Assembly: GCA_951406725.2 (NCBI GenBank)
Contig: OX597815.1
Location: 41,230,001-41,294,000, forward strand
Direction: 5' to 3'
Origin: Octopus vulgaris
Taxonomy: Eukaryota
Length of the DNA stretch: 64,000 nt
Each line of letters opens with the position of its first letter. Positions within the stretch are counted from its first letter, which is position 1. Below, piece by piece: positions 44,001 to 55,410 of the stretch. The position numbers were made by a program, and so were the translations under genes. The notes beneath the pieces were generated by a model. The model did no database searches. It saw only the letters and a list, made by a program, of their open reading frames with translations, and was not told the DNA's origin.

Positions 44001-47000
44001 TCTTAACCTGGGTAAAAGTGTTCTCTAGAAAGTATTGTAATGCACAAGAAAATGGTTAATATCAACAGGACACTCTACCTTGGTTGTGAATAGAATATAA
44101 ATAAAACTTTCTGTTATCAGTGACAGAACAAAATAAACATCTCTATCTTTGAAAAGAAATAAAACTGCTGGTAATATTTTCTTTCACATACTTGGCTGAG
44201 AAAGGGTTGAGCATAGTAGTAGTACAACTGTTAGCTAAACAGAGTAATAGATTATGAAACTGTAAAAGAAGAGACTTCTGGCTCTGTTCAGTACAGAGCC
44301 TCAAGTCTCCCCATTTACAGTTTTGAACTTGGTAGTTTTAACTCTTAAAGTCTTGTACTATAAGTAACTGCAACGGTTGTCGAGTCATGATAACTACAAT
44401 TCACATAGTACACACAACTATAATTCAGATTGTGCTGTTGTTTGTGACCCCAGAACAGGTATTATGCACTCTTCCATGTGGGCCGCAAAATTTAACTACA
44501 CTTTAGAAAGAATTTACAGTTAAAAGACTTCCTGTTTGCAAAATGTGTTTATTTTTTGCTTCAATGATTGAACTTCTTTGGATTTTTATTTTTCTTCCTT
44601 CTATTTTTAGAGAAAGAGGGCTTGGAATTAGCAAAAATAATTAAAGTGATATTTCAGCATCATCTGTACACACCAACAATCTAAGTGATATCGGAGATTT
44701 ATGGATTCTGAACAGGAGTGAAGTTATCATAAAGTTGATCATAATAAGGGCATGTTTTGGAATGCTTTTTCTCAAGGGAGTCACAGAGACTACTGGAACA
44801 CAGATTCAGCTGAGATAAGACAATGACCAGAAACTGATATCTTGTAAATATATATGAAAACACCTACATGTAATGAACTTACCAATATTCAACCTACCTT
44901 GGAAAGTGACATGACAACATATAAAGATCAACAGGTAAAGAAGAAAAAAATCATCCACAATGTGTACACTTATTTGATCCTATTTATTGTTACTATTATT
45001 TTGTAAAGTATAAAGATGAGAGTGTTGAGCAACAAAACATGGAGAATCACTGATGTAGAGACTCTCTTGCTGTCTTATACAGTTTCTACGAGTGTATGTG
45101 GTTAACATGTAAAAGCATAATAAAATAAAACATTTCGAAAGTGAAATTGTCAACATGTGGTATGTAATTATCAGTATTAGACATAAATTTATAATTTAAA
45201 CCCCTGCAGCAATTTTAACAAAACAAAGCCTACTGAATTAAAGAATACCATTTTCATCTTTTCAATATTTTATATCATATTACAATTGTGGTGCAGACAT
45301 GGCTGTGTGGTTAAGAAGTCTGCTCCCCAGTCACATGGTTTTGAATTTGATCTCAGTGTGACATCCTGGCCAAGTGTCTTCTACTATAATCCTAGGCCAA
45401 CCGAAGCCTTGTGAATAGATCAGTTAGATGGAAACTGAAAACAGTTTGGAGTGTGTGTTGGAAGTTGGTGCACTGTTAGATGAAGTAGAGACTATGAAGT
45501 AACCTACATATCATAGAAACAATCCTTATTCATTATTTTATGTTTTTACATCAGCATTCGTTTAAGGTTAAGAAGAATTTGTCTCTATCCTTCATCTCTT
45601 TGAGTGAGTTTGAATCAAGAAAATAGAGATAAAATGAAATAATGTACAGCATTTATTTAACCTGAAGCTGTACTTCAACTCACAATAGCATCTTTCAACT
45701 ACTACACTCATGTTGTAGTTTCACTTATCCTCATTTTCAATCTGAATCCACAAAGTATTACTCTATGTTAGAGGACCTAGTGGTCATGACCATTTGTCTG
45801 CCTCTTTTCCAGGTTAGGATGATGTAAATCTGATTCCTAAACCCATTTTATTAGTTGGTGACTAAATGATTGTCTGGTTTATATAAAAGAAATTTTAATA
45901 TCACATTATAAAACATTGTGTCATACACTGATGTATGGAGAGGCTGTATATGTAGTAAAAGAAATTTTGAAGGAGCAAGACTCGCATGTCCGTGATGCAA
46001 ATGAATTTACACATAAAGGTTAAGACTTACTCCTTTAAAATTTCTTCTATCACATACACAGCCACTACAGACATCAGTGTATGTCATGATGTTTTATAAT
46101 GTGATATCCAAATTCCTTATTAGGATTAGAACATCTTTGCTACTTATCTATCAGGTGCTTTTCACAAAGCCTAATAGATTGATCCTTCTACTTAGCTGCT
46201 ATTGTTACAAGAAATGCATGCACAGAAAATATAGTAGTTGTCACCAGCCTAAGCTTAATAATTACTGCTAGGAAATCTATAGTGATTAATTGCACATAAT
46301 TACACTGTGTAACAAAGGTTTTTGTCCTTGGGTAGCAACTGTTATTTTCTATTTGCTTAGCCTCAGAAAGTATGAAAAATGGCTAATATTTCCTTCAAAC
46401 ATTGTTTTTGTTACATTTATTCAAACCCTAAAGAATCCCTCTCAAAACATGGATATGATGCTCCCCAACTACTGTTACTTGTGATCAGAGATGCACATGT
46501 CAGTCGCTAAGGTACATGCTCAAGTGGTTACAGCCAAGCAACTGACAAGCAAATCTGTGGTATTGAGCAGAATATTTGCTTTAATGATATTTCTGCTTCA
46601 GCAACTCAGTGCTTAATTTGTCTGAAATGTAATGGAAACTAGGTAAGTTTCAAAACATTTGATATCCAAATCACAAAAGCAAAGTTTGAAGGGAATAGTA
46701 GTCATTTCCTTTGATTTCTAGATAGACACAAATAGGAAATAACACTTACTGACCAAAGAAAAAAGTAGGGATTATACAGTGTTATTTGTATCACAAAAGA
46801 TTTTTATATTTGAAGGACAGCTATAATACTGATCAATATAACTTAATATTTCAATAATTAAATAATCTTTATGGTACACTTTCTGCAATGAATGAACACT
46901 TGCATATGCATGTATATGTATGCACATACAAAGAGTTTTACACTGAATTAATAGGAAGTACATGGAAAAGAGCATGCAAGGTATTTTAACATTTTGCTTA

Positions 47001-49850
47001 TTAGTGGAAATTAAATATAAAGAAAAAATAACACCCCAGAGTACAGGAGGCTGAAATACCAGACAAACTATTAATTTGCAGATGTTGACCCAGATGCAGA
47101 GCTTTCAGAAGTGCAAAGTGGGAATTAACGTGAATAATTACTAAGTTATAGTAATAATAACTTTCTCATTTTTGCAAAACCAGCAGCTATTAAATTTAAA
47201 TATAATGCTCCCTTCCCTCTCAAAAATTCCTTGTCTTGCAAGTTACTTGGTGACCCTGCTGTTGAGGGTGCCATGTGAAAAGCATCCAATCCACATTGAG
47301 AAATGGTTGGCATATGGAAGGGCATCCAGCTGTAAAAACCATGCCAAAACTGACCTTGCCTGTGCTGGTGCCACATAAAAAGCACTCAGTCCACCCTGTA
47401 GGGTGGTTGGTGTTAGGAAAAGCATCCAACCATAAAAAACTATGCCAAAACAGGCACAGAAGCCTAAGGTAGTCTTCTACCTGGTCAGCACCTGTCAAAC
47501 TATCCAATCCATGCCAACATGGAAGGTGGACATTAAACGATGATAATAATGATGATGATAATATTTCTAATTTTGACTCCAAGTAGATGACTTATTTCAT
47601 CATTCAAAATTAGACTATCTCTATACTTCTCATAATTAATCATTATTTGTTGGCCATTGTGAGTCTGATAATCTTTTGGGAGCAAGAATCTACAGAAAAC
47701 ATTACATCTATGTAGTGTACCTAGACAAAGACAGGTTAAACAAAATTTTTCCTAATGCTGTATCCATAGAAAAAAAAAAAATCAGTATGGCAAGCAAAGT
47801 GTTCATCAATTATACAATGTTCCTGCTATTTACAATAACAAGTTGTAGGGTCCTATGATACCGACTTACAACAAGGTAGATTTGATCTTACAGGTATGTA
47901 GATCAGGTCAGTGTATGGGAAAATATCTTGTCAAAGAATTCAATGTAGTGTTGGGTGCTTAAACCTATGTATGAGGGCCAAGTTCCTAATTTGAGGATAC
48001 CTGCCACCCTCCACCCTCCCTACCATCAGTCTTGGAGGTCCTAAAAAAATGGGTCATATGCACTACTCTCCTTCCTGATTTAGCAACTAAACAAAACAAA
48101 TATAAAGGAGCTTTTGTTATTACAAGCAAATATGGAAATCCATTGGGTTACTGATATAGTCACTTCAATTGTGGACTAAGAATGATTCATAAGCCAACAA
48201 AAGTAGAGAGATAGGTACAGCCATAAAATTTGTTCAGATCCTTCATCCATCTATCTTCTTTACCCATGATTCCTGGGATGGTTGTAGGAGCAGAGTCACC
48301 AGGTACCTCCTCCATAAGGTCCTATTAAAGAATTATGTGCTAAATGGTGCTTGAATTTTGAAATCTCTTTTCTCCAACAAAATCACTATGACCATCACTA
48401 TTAGTGTTGTTATAATATGCTCATTATCCACTGGAGGGTTTGCTACAGTCCAAGTCATTTCTTATTAGGACTATTGCTCCCATTAACTGGTACATGTCAT
48501 TTGGCTTGGTTTCTATGGCTTGATATCCTTATCACCAACCAGAGTATACTGGGTGCATTTTCTTGTGGCACCAACACTTGAAACATTAAATAGTTCTCAG
48601 CAAGATAAGACTATACTTGTATTAAAACTCTGAAAATAGCTGGTTATTTAAATCTAATTTCATTTGCATTTATAATTGTGGTTAGCTAAATGGACAGGCT
48701 GTCAGACTCAGCTGTTTGTATTTTGTAACTAAATCCTACTGAAATGAACTTTGCTTTTCATCATTCTGAGGTTGATAAAATAAAGTACTAGTCAAATATT
48801 AGGGTCAAATGTAATATTATTTTTCTATGAGAGAAAATAAGTTTTGAAATTCTAGCTTCATTTAGTTCATGATATTTTGATAAAAAGCACTAATATATCT
48901 GAAGAAACTATTGATATTTATATGATTTGCATGTAAAATAATCTGAAAAACATAGCCAGTCAATAATGAAAGGCGAACAATTTAAAATGTATAGGATCTG
49001 AACAAGTCATATGACTACTTGTGTCTCTGTACTTAACTGAAAATATCTTTTCTTATCTACAGATGAAGTGATTATATCAATAAATCTCTTAATTCAAAAA
49101 TTTATACAACTGAATTTGAAGAAGTATTAGACTCTTAATGCAGAGTGAAGATAAAAGTTCATCTTTGCAATATGACGTCCCAGGTTCAATCCCAATATAA
49201 GGCATATTGAGCAGAGATCTTTACTATAAACTCAAGAGTGAAGTTGGATAGAACAGAAACTATGTAGAAGACCACTAGATGGACTGTGCTTGTAATTCAA
49301 AAGTACAGCTTTGTCTCATATTCTTTTACACTGATTTGGCCTATGGGCTAAGAAGACACTTTCTGCAGAATATTCAGTCATATATTAGTATAAATGAAAA
49401 AGTAGATCAGTTCATTGAACAACTGAATGTTCATTGTTGAAACTGACGAAGGATACATTACTATAGCAAGGAGAAAAAAAAATACTAGGTAAATCATACT
49501 TAGGTTTTACTAAGTAGCAAATTATTCTCTTACTTGAAAGCCAGAAACATGGTGAACAATAATTGTGAAATCACAAAATATACAAGGGCATGTTAAATAC
49601 AGTTGAGTAATTGTTTGATATGGAACAGTTGTGATAAATAGATTTAGTTATGTGGGTGAGTGCAATACAAAATCAATGATAATTAAGGAAAATTTGAATT
49701 TCCTCTCGCAGTGACCTTTTTAGGAGAATATTTTTAACCAAAATACTAATGAGCAGTTTTAGAGAGTGATGCTGACCTATTAGAAACACCTCAATGCAGA
49801 CTAGTATTAACACTGGCTTCCACTGGAACAAATTTTTTTAGTTACATATA

Positions 49851-50284
49851 CAGGGTATACCTCCAAAATTGGCATCATCTGTAATGTGAATATCTGAGCA
49901 ACTACATGTCCGAGACATAAAATCATGCACACCATCTGTGACATGACACATGTCAAGTAAGTAGTCCAGCTCCTGCCAAACATGTTGTAGCATGTTATTG
50001 TGTAATATTCTCCAGCACCTCAGTGATTATCTGCTGAGTTCCTCTAGGCTTATAGGAAGAGGGGGATACAGACCAATCCTTCAACATAGCCCCATAGAAA
50101 AAAAATTACAAGGTGTCAAGTCGGGTGAACTTGGTGGTCATTTCAACAGTACGTTGTCATTATCACTGGCATGCCAGATCAAAACTTAGTTTTTACACAT
50201 TTTGTTAAAATTTGAGGTCATTTGGGAGAGAATTGGCTACATTACTAGACTGCGAAATGATGTCAATTTTGGAGGGACACCCTG
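49851..50284 (-). mobile_element. Internally deleted Tc1/mariner-superfamily element (434 bp)
   Basis: About 28-bp TIRs CAGGGT(A/G)T(A/C)CCTCCAAAATTG(G/A)CATCAT with TA on both sides. Minus-strand remnant *PPSSPDLTPCNFFLW matches the WPPRSPDLTP.DFFLWG transposase motif. Confidence 0.8.
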
Positions 50285-51447
50285 TATATCATCGTTTAAA
50301 TGTCCATTTTCCATGCTTGCATGGACCAGATTTGTTGTGACAGATTTTCTATGGCCACATGCCCTTCCTACCACCAGCACTCACTTGTTTTGAAGGTAAT
50401 ATTTCCTCATGTTTTCATGGACATTTCACCATCCAGCTACATCTATGTACATGTGTACACACACATACATACATACAGATGTTATATCAATAGCATTTAG
50501 ACAGATTTAAATATAAAACGCAACTTCTCTAATCCCCGCCACCGAAATTAATCCTAGTAGAAGACATGAAAGGATCTCAGGAAGAACATAATGTAATCCA
50601 GAAAAATCCAACTCAAAGATATATGTTCTAAAATCTCAGCCTACAAGATGTTAGTTAATCCATCACTTGCATACCAGCATATAGAGCATATGCTCTAGAG
50701 CCTCCATTGCTTCTGTTGTCTTGATTGTTTTCCCAGTGCCTGTTAAGAGACCTCAGTTTTTTTGTTGTTTTTTTTTATCTTCTCTTTCATCTTACTTGAG
50801 TCCATCTTAATTTTGTTTCTGCATACTCATTATCTGGTTGTTGCAGAACATGACAAGCCAAATGCATTCTATGTACATTTACCAGGTCTTGAAATCTTCA
50901 TGATAATAGTCTTCTTAAAACTTCATTTCTATGGATTTTCCTCCAAGACTTTTATTTAAAGACAGTCAACTCTTTGACGATTTTCTTTTCTTCCTTCTTT
51001 CACTTGCATATAGCATTGTCGATAGTTTGATGGAACAGTGATCCCTTGTTTATCGCAGTAGATTTGTTCCGAGACCGGCTGCGATAACTGAATTTCCGCA
51101 AAGTAGGGACACCATATTTACAGTATTTATTTAACGTGTATTTGGACTTTTAAAACTCTCCCTGTACTGTTAACAACTCACCCATTACAGTAGTCTATAA
51201 ATAACAAACACAACTGTTAAGCAATAACACTTTAGATTTAAAAAAATATTGTTACTGTTACACAGGCCAGATTACAAAATAGAAAGCTGTGATTCGTCGT
51301 CTCTCTCCATTGCACAAATCCCAGCCCATCTTAAGTTCAAATACCCCTGTATATGCTTTTTTGCTATTTTGCTCTTGTTTTGTTGTTCATAGACTAGGAA
51401 ATAATATTTATTATTAATATTTTAATGGATTTAATGAAAAATTTTAG

Positions 51448-51728
51448 GTGTTCATATAGCTGATTAAGTTGTTGAACAATGAGGACCAAGTGGTCGTTGC
51501 TCGCGCCGCTGTCATTGTACACCACTTAACCAGAAATGATGCTAGCCGGCATGTTATCCTTAATTCTCCACAAATGGTTGCGGCTCTTGTACGAGCCATG
51601 AATAATACAAATGATTTTGAAACCACTCGTTATGGAGCTGCAGTTCTCCATAGCCTCTCACAACATAGACAGGGACTTCTGGCTATATTTAAATCTGGAG
51701 GTATTCCAGCTCTTGTAAAATTACTCAG
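51448..51728 (+). pseudogene. CTNNB1: Isolated beta-catenin (armadillo) exon fragment covering the first ARM repeats
   Basis: Encodes [89 protein letters not shown], unmistakably beta-catenin (ELTKLLNDEDQVVV...[15 protein letters not shown]). AG at 51446-51447, donor GTAAGC at 51729, and in-frame TAG at 51457 where Glu is expected. No other beta-catenin exon was seen in the window. Confidence 0.85.
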
Positions 51729-51824
51729 GTAAGCTTTTCAATCTTCGATACTCTGTTACTCGTTTCACTCCCAGTCATTGGACTGTAGCCATGCTGGAGC
51801 ACCACCTTTAAGGGTTTTATTTAA

Positions 51825-52045
51825 CCCTTTAGCATTTAAACCGGCCATATCCGATCAAAAGTATTCTGCCTGTTTTATGTTCAAAATGGCCAGATCTGGT
51901 CTCTCACACCAACCCTACAATATCGTTTTAAAAATTAATAGCTACCTCATCAAAATCTCAAAACTACAAGATAATTCCTGATTAGTTCAAGGCAATGTAG
52001 ATGAAAAAGCATTAATTTTGGCAGAATAATGTGAACACTAAAGGG
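51825..52045 (+). mobile_element. piggyBac-like MITE, family B
   Basis: TTAA|CCCTTTAG...CTAAAGGG|TTAA. Related copies at about 9790-10210, 30108-30323 (inverted) and 33570-33740. Confidence 0.75.
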
Positions 52046-52189
52046 TTAAACAAATCAACCCCTAGTACTTATTCTGTCAGTCTCTTGCTGAACTAAGTTA
52101 TGGGGGCATAAACACACCAACATCAGTTGTTAAGCGATGGTGGGCAAACACATACACATAGATACACACGCACACACATATATACACCA

Positions 52190-52422
52190 AGGCGGCAAGC
52201 TGGCAGAAACGTTAGCACGCCGGGCGAAATGCACAGCCGTATTTCGTCTGCCGTTACGTTCCGAGTTCAAATCCCACCGGAGTCGACATTGCCTTTCATC
52301 CTTTCGGGGTCGATTAAATAAGTACCAGTTACGCACTGGGGTCGATGTAATCGACTTAATCCGTTTCTCTGTCCTTCTTTGTCCCCTCTGTGTGATAGCC
52401 CCTTGTGGGTAATAAAGAAATA
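52190..52422 (+). mobile_element. tRNA-derived SINE, same family as 53820-54052
   Basis: Near-identical CpG-rich copy with A and B boxes. Older copies occur at about 800-990, 1045-1300, 3953-4150, 5685-5896, 8010-8200 and 15483-15678. Confidence 0.88.
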
Positions 52423-52574
52423 TATATATATACACATGCGCACGCACACACACATATAATGGTATTTTTTCGGTTTCCGTCTACCAAATTCACTCACAAG
52501 GCTTTGGTGATCTCAAAGCTATAGTAGAAGAGACTTGCCTAAGGTGCCACACAGTCATGTCTGCAAATTATATA

Positions 52575-53145
52575 TCTATGTATATAAATTTGACATGGGC
52601 AATTCTTTCTTGTCTTGGGATTCACGATCAAACGGCTGGGTGGAATTGCGCGAAAAATTACACAGATGTATAGAATGATCTGGGGGTGATGCTGGGCTTT
52701 GTATTTTTTTCATAGTTCCCCTGGTTACCAAGATAATCTACTATAATAATACTCTTGTGTTTATGAATGAGAAAGGAAGGCATGATAGATGAATAAGGAA
52801 GGAAGTGGTGATGTCATACTTGGTGGTGGGATGAGGAAAATTGTACGCTGAAAAATAAATCAAACAGCATTTCAACTCTGTGTGTATGTAAAGGAGGGGG
52901 TATGTGTGCGCGTGCAATGGAAGTGGGATGGTTCATCGTTGTTCACTTAGTATTTGGATTTATTTTTTGATTTGGTTGAATCTTGGTTGTTGTTTTTTGT
53001 AGTTATTTTTAGCATTTTGACAAAAAAGTCATTCTAAAATTGTTTTTTTATGTAAGCATGCCCAAACAAGTCAAATGCTTTCACAGAGCAGGTTTTACAG
53101 CCACATCATCCAAACCGACCAGGTGAAACCAGGCTTAGCTGCTAG
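52575..53145 (+). mobile_element. Non-autonomous Helitron-like element
   Basis: Starts A|TCTATGTATATAAA and ends with a degenerate hairpin CCAGGTGAAACCAGG about 8 bp before CTAG|T. No target duplication. Confidence 0.55.
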
Positions 53146-53174
53146 TATATATATATATATATATATATTTGGAT

Positions 53175-53211
<37 letters not shown>

Positions 53212-53819
53212 ACATAAATAGGACCTACTCAGCTTATGCAAGGAAAAGATAATGTAGGTGATGTATATCTATATATACATCAGTTTTGAAATACTTGGAC
53301 AGATTTTCAATTCAAGGTAGAAAGCTGACAAAATCATCATTTAATGTCCCTCTTTCCATGTTGGCTTGGGTTGGACAGTTTGATAGGAACTGACAAGCCA
53401 GAGGGCTACCCCAGGCTCCAGTGTTGACTTTGACATGGTTTCTATGGCTGGAGGGAGACATTTCTTAGCACCAGCCATTTTACAGGAGATATTAGGTGGG
53501 TTTTTTTTTTTGCTTTGTTTTGAGTTTTTTTTTTCGGCATAGCACTACACCAGTGAGGTCACCAAATGCTTGCAAGACAAGACATCCCTCAACTGAGTGG
53601 GATATAATCTTGCTTTCCAATTTTGGCACAAGGCCAGCAAATTCAAGGAAGGAAGAAAGTCAATTACATCAACCTCAGTTCTCAACTCGTGCTTATTTAT
53701 CGGCCCCGGGAGGATGAAGGGCAGGGTCAGCTTTTGCAGAGTTTGAACTCTCAATGATTCTGCCAGTTTGCTGCTTTGAGTGGAATATAATATTGAAGGA
53801 TATGAAAGTATGGTAGAGG

Positions 53820-54052
53820 AAGGCGGCGAGCTGGCAGAATCATTAGCACGCCGGGCGAAATGCTTAGCGGTATTTCGTCTGCCGCTACGTTCTGGGTTCA
53901 AATCCTGCCGAGGTCAACTTTGCCTTTCATCCTTTCGGGGTCGATTAAATAAGTACCAGTTACGCTCTGGTGTCAATATAATCGACTTAATCCGTGTGTC
54001 TGTCCTTGTTTGTCCCTTCTGTGTTTAGCCCCTTGTGGGTAGTAAAGAAATA
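53820..54052 (+). mobile_element. Young tRNA-derived SINE with 21-bp target duplication
   Basis: Head GGCGGCGAGCTGGCAGAATC (A box) and GGTTCAAATCC (B box), core GCCTTTCATCCTTTCGGGGTCGA. Flanked by GATATGAAAGTATGGTAGAGG at 53799-53819 and 54053-54073. Confidence 0.88.
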
Positions 54053-54189
54053 GATATGAAAGTATGGTAGAGGGACAGAAAGTTGATGGAAAAAACAAGG
54101 GTTGTTCATAGGAAAGGCATCTGGCAATTAAAAAAATGAATCTCCCAAAATATCTTGTCTAACTCATGCTGGTATGGAAATAAATTATG

Positions 54190-54582
54190 TTGAGGCAAGT
54201 GAGGATCAGAATTGAAATCGATCAATGGAAATTGCAGATGTGTTACCAGTGCCGGTGGCATGTAAGAGAACCTTCCGTTTCGCGACCGTTGCCAGCACCG
54301 CCCCGTTTCGTGTCCGTTGCCAGCCTCGCCTGGCACATAAAAAGCACCATCCGTTTGTGGCCGTTTGCCAGCTCTGTCTGGCACCTGTGCGGGTGGCACG
54401 TAAAAAGCACCCACTACACTCTCGGAGTGGTTGGCGTTAGGAAGGGCATCCAGCCGTAGAAACACTGCCAGATTTGACTGGGCCTGATGAAGCCTTCTGG
54501 CTTCACAGACCCCAGTAGAACCGTCCAACCCATGCTAGCATGGAAAACGGACGCTAAACGATGATGATGATGATGATGATGA
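54190..54582 (+). mobile_element. Abundant retroposon with (ATG)n tail (SINE or LINE 3' end)
   Basis: Ends GGCGTTAGGAAGGGCATCCAGC...CCAACCCATGCTAGCATGGAAAACGGACGCTAAACG(ATG)n. Other copies at about 1430-1683, 3270-3366, 7795-7958, 27610-27800, 34192-34530 (-), 41668-42110 (-) and 47215-47560. Confidence 0.8.
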
Positions 54583-55242
54583 TTTTAAAAATCCGCGAAA
54601 TTATGAATCCGCAAAGTAGTGAGGGATCACTGTATTGTATATGTAGATTTTGAATGTTAGTGTCCAGTGTATTCATGGACCATATTTTGTACATTTGCAG
54701 AAATGTTGTTGTCACTTATTTACATTCTGAATTTGACAGTGAGTATCTCTGTCATTAAACAAAACACTACCAAGTATGTGAATTAACTCATATGAGAAGT
54801 GAATAAGCACCGACAGAAAACCACATTAATTCATGAAAAATTTAACATGAAAATTCATCAAAACTCTAAAGGAAATCACACAAATTATTTTTAAATGTGC
54901 AGAGTTATTACCAATCAAGACAAGAGAATTTAGTGTTAGAGTCTAGCAAAAAACAACATGAAGCATTTTAATTGGTAATATAATACTTCAGGAATTGGTA
55001 CAATCCAAAAATCTTTCAAGACAACTCACTATTTGTTTTCTTTTGTAGTTTTGAAATAATATCCAGAAATAATTTACTGGTGTTACTATTTCTGTGTCTA
55101 TCAAAAGAAACAATTTTTCTGGTATTTAATCAATTGGGATCATATCGTGGTTTTAGCACAGCTATGTTTTTTTGGGAACAGATATTTGTGAAGACCAAAC
55201 TGAAGTTTACTATTACAATTATCATCACTTGCATTTATTTGC

Positions 55243-55410
55243 ATGGATGAAACTAAAATTAAATCCATTGTGACTCTTCCATGCTATAAAGGTCTGGCTG
55301 AGAATATACAACATACAACAAAATGTAGCAAATATAAGATCAGAACAGTGTTTAGATATAATACAACACTCTATAGTTGTTTTATCAAATTTAAATTTAT
55401 TCAAGAAAAG
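55243..55410 (+). mobile_element. Penelope-like retroelement remnant
   Basis: IVTLPCYKGLAENIQHTTKCSKYKIRTVFRYNTTLYSCFIKFK resembles the linker between RT and the GIY-YIG domain (LPY.KGLSE.I.R....Y.IRTVF....TL). Confidence 0.5.

Larger units (their letters stand above)
51036..54632 (+). mobile_element. Non-autonomous Tigger/pogo-like (Tc1-mariner superfamily) element carrying captured genomic cargo (Pack-TIR)
   Basis: Left end CAGTGATCCCTTGTTTATCGCAG and right end reverse complement CAGTGATCCCTCACTACTTTGCGG (11 terminal bp identical, next CG decayed to TG/CA). Subterminal TCCGCAAAGTAG occurs at both ends (51095 and 54608). TA follows the right end and AA precedes the left. It interrupts an RTE fossil. 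Confidence 0.8.
50660..54750 (-). mobile_element. Decayed RTE-clade LINE 3' fragment, split in two (about 54635-54750 and 50660-51035) by the Tigger-like insertion
   Basis: Minus-strand remnants FLQMYKIWSMNTL / KIYIYN|TIKLSTMLYASE / EVLRR / RMHLACHVLQQPDNEYAETKLRWT match RTE ORF C-terminal motifs (KIRIYN...TLLY.SE.W and RLRW.GHVLR). Confidence 0.7.

Noticed and set aside
51469-51732. 87-aa ORF as a functional stand-alone or nested beta-catenin gene
   Set aside because: It starts at TTG just after an in-frame TAG, ends by reading into a splice donor, has no partner exons in the window, and lies inside transposon termini.
52190-52280. tRNA gene
   Set aside because: A and B boxes are present, but it is the head of a multi-copy SINE and no cloverleaf is evident.
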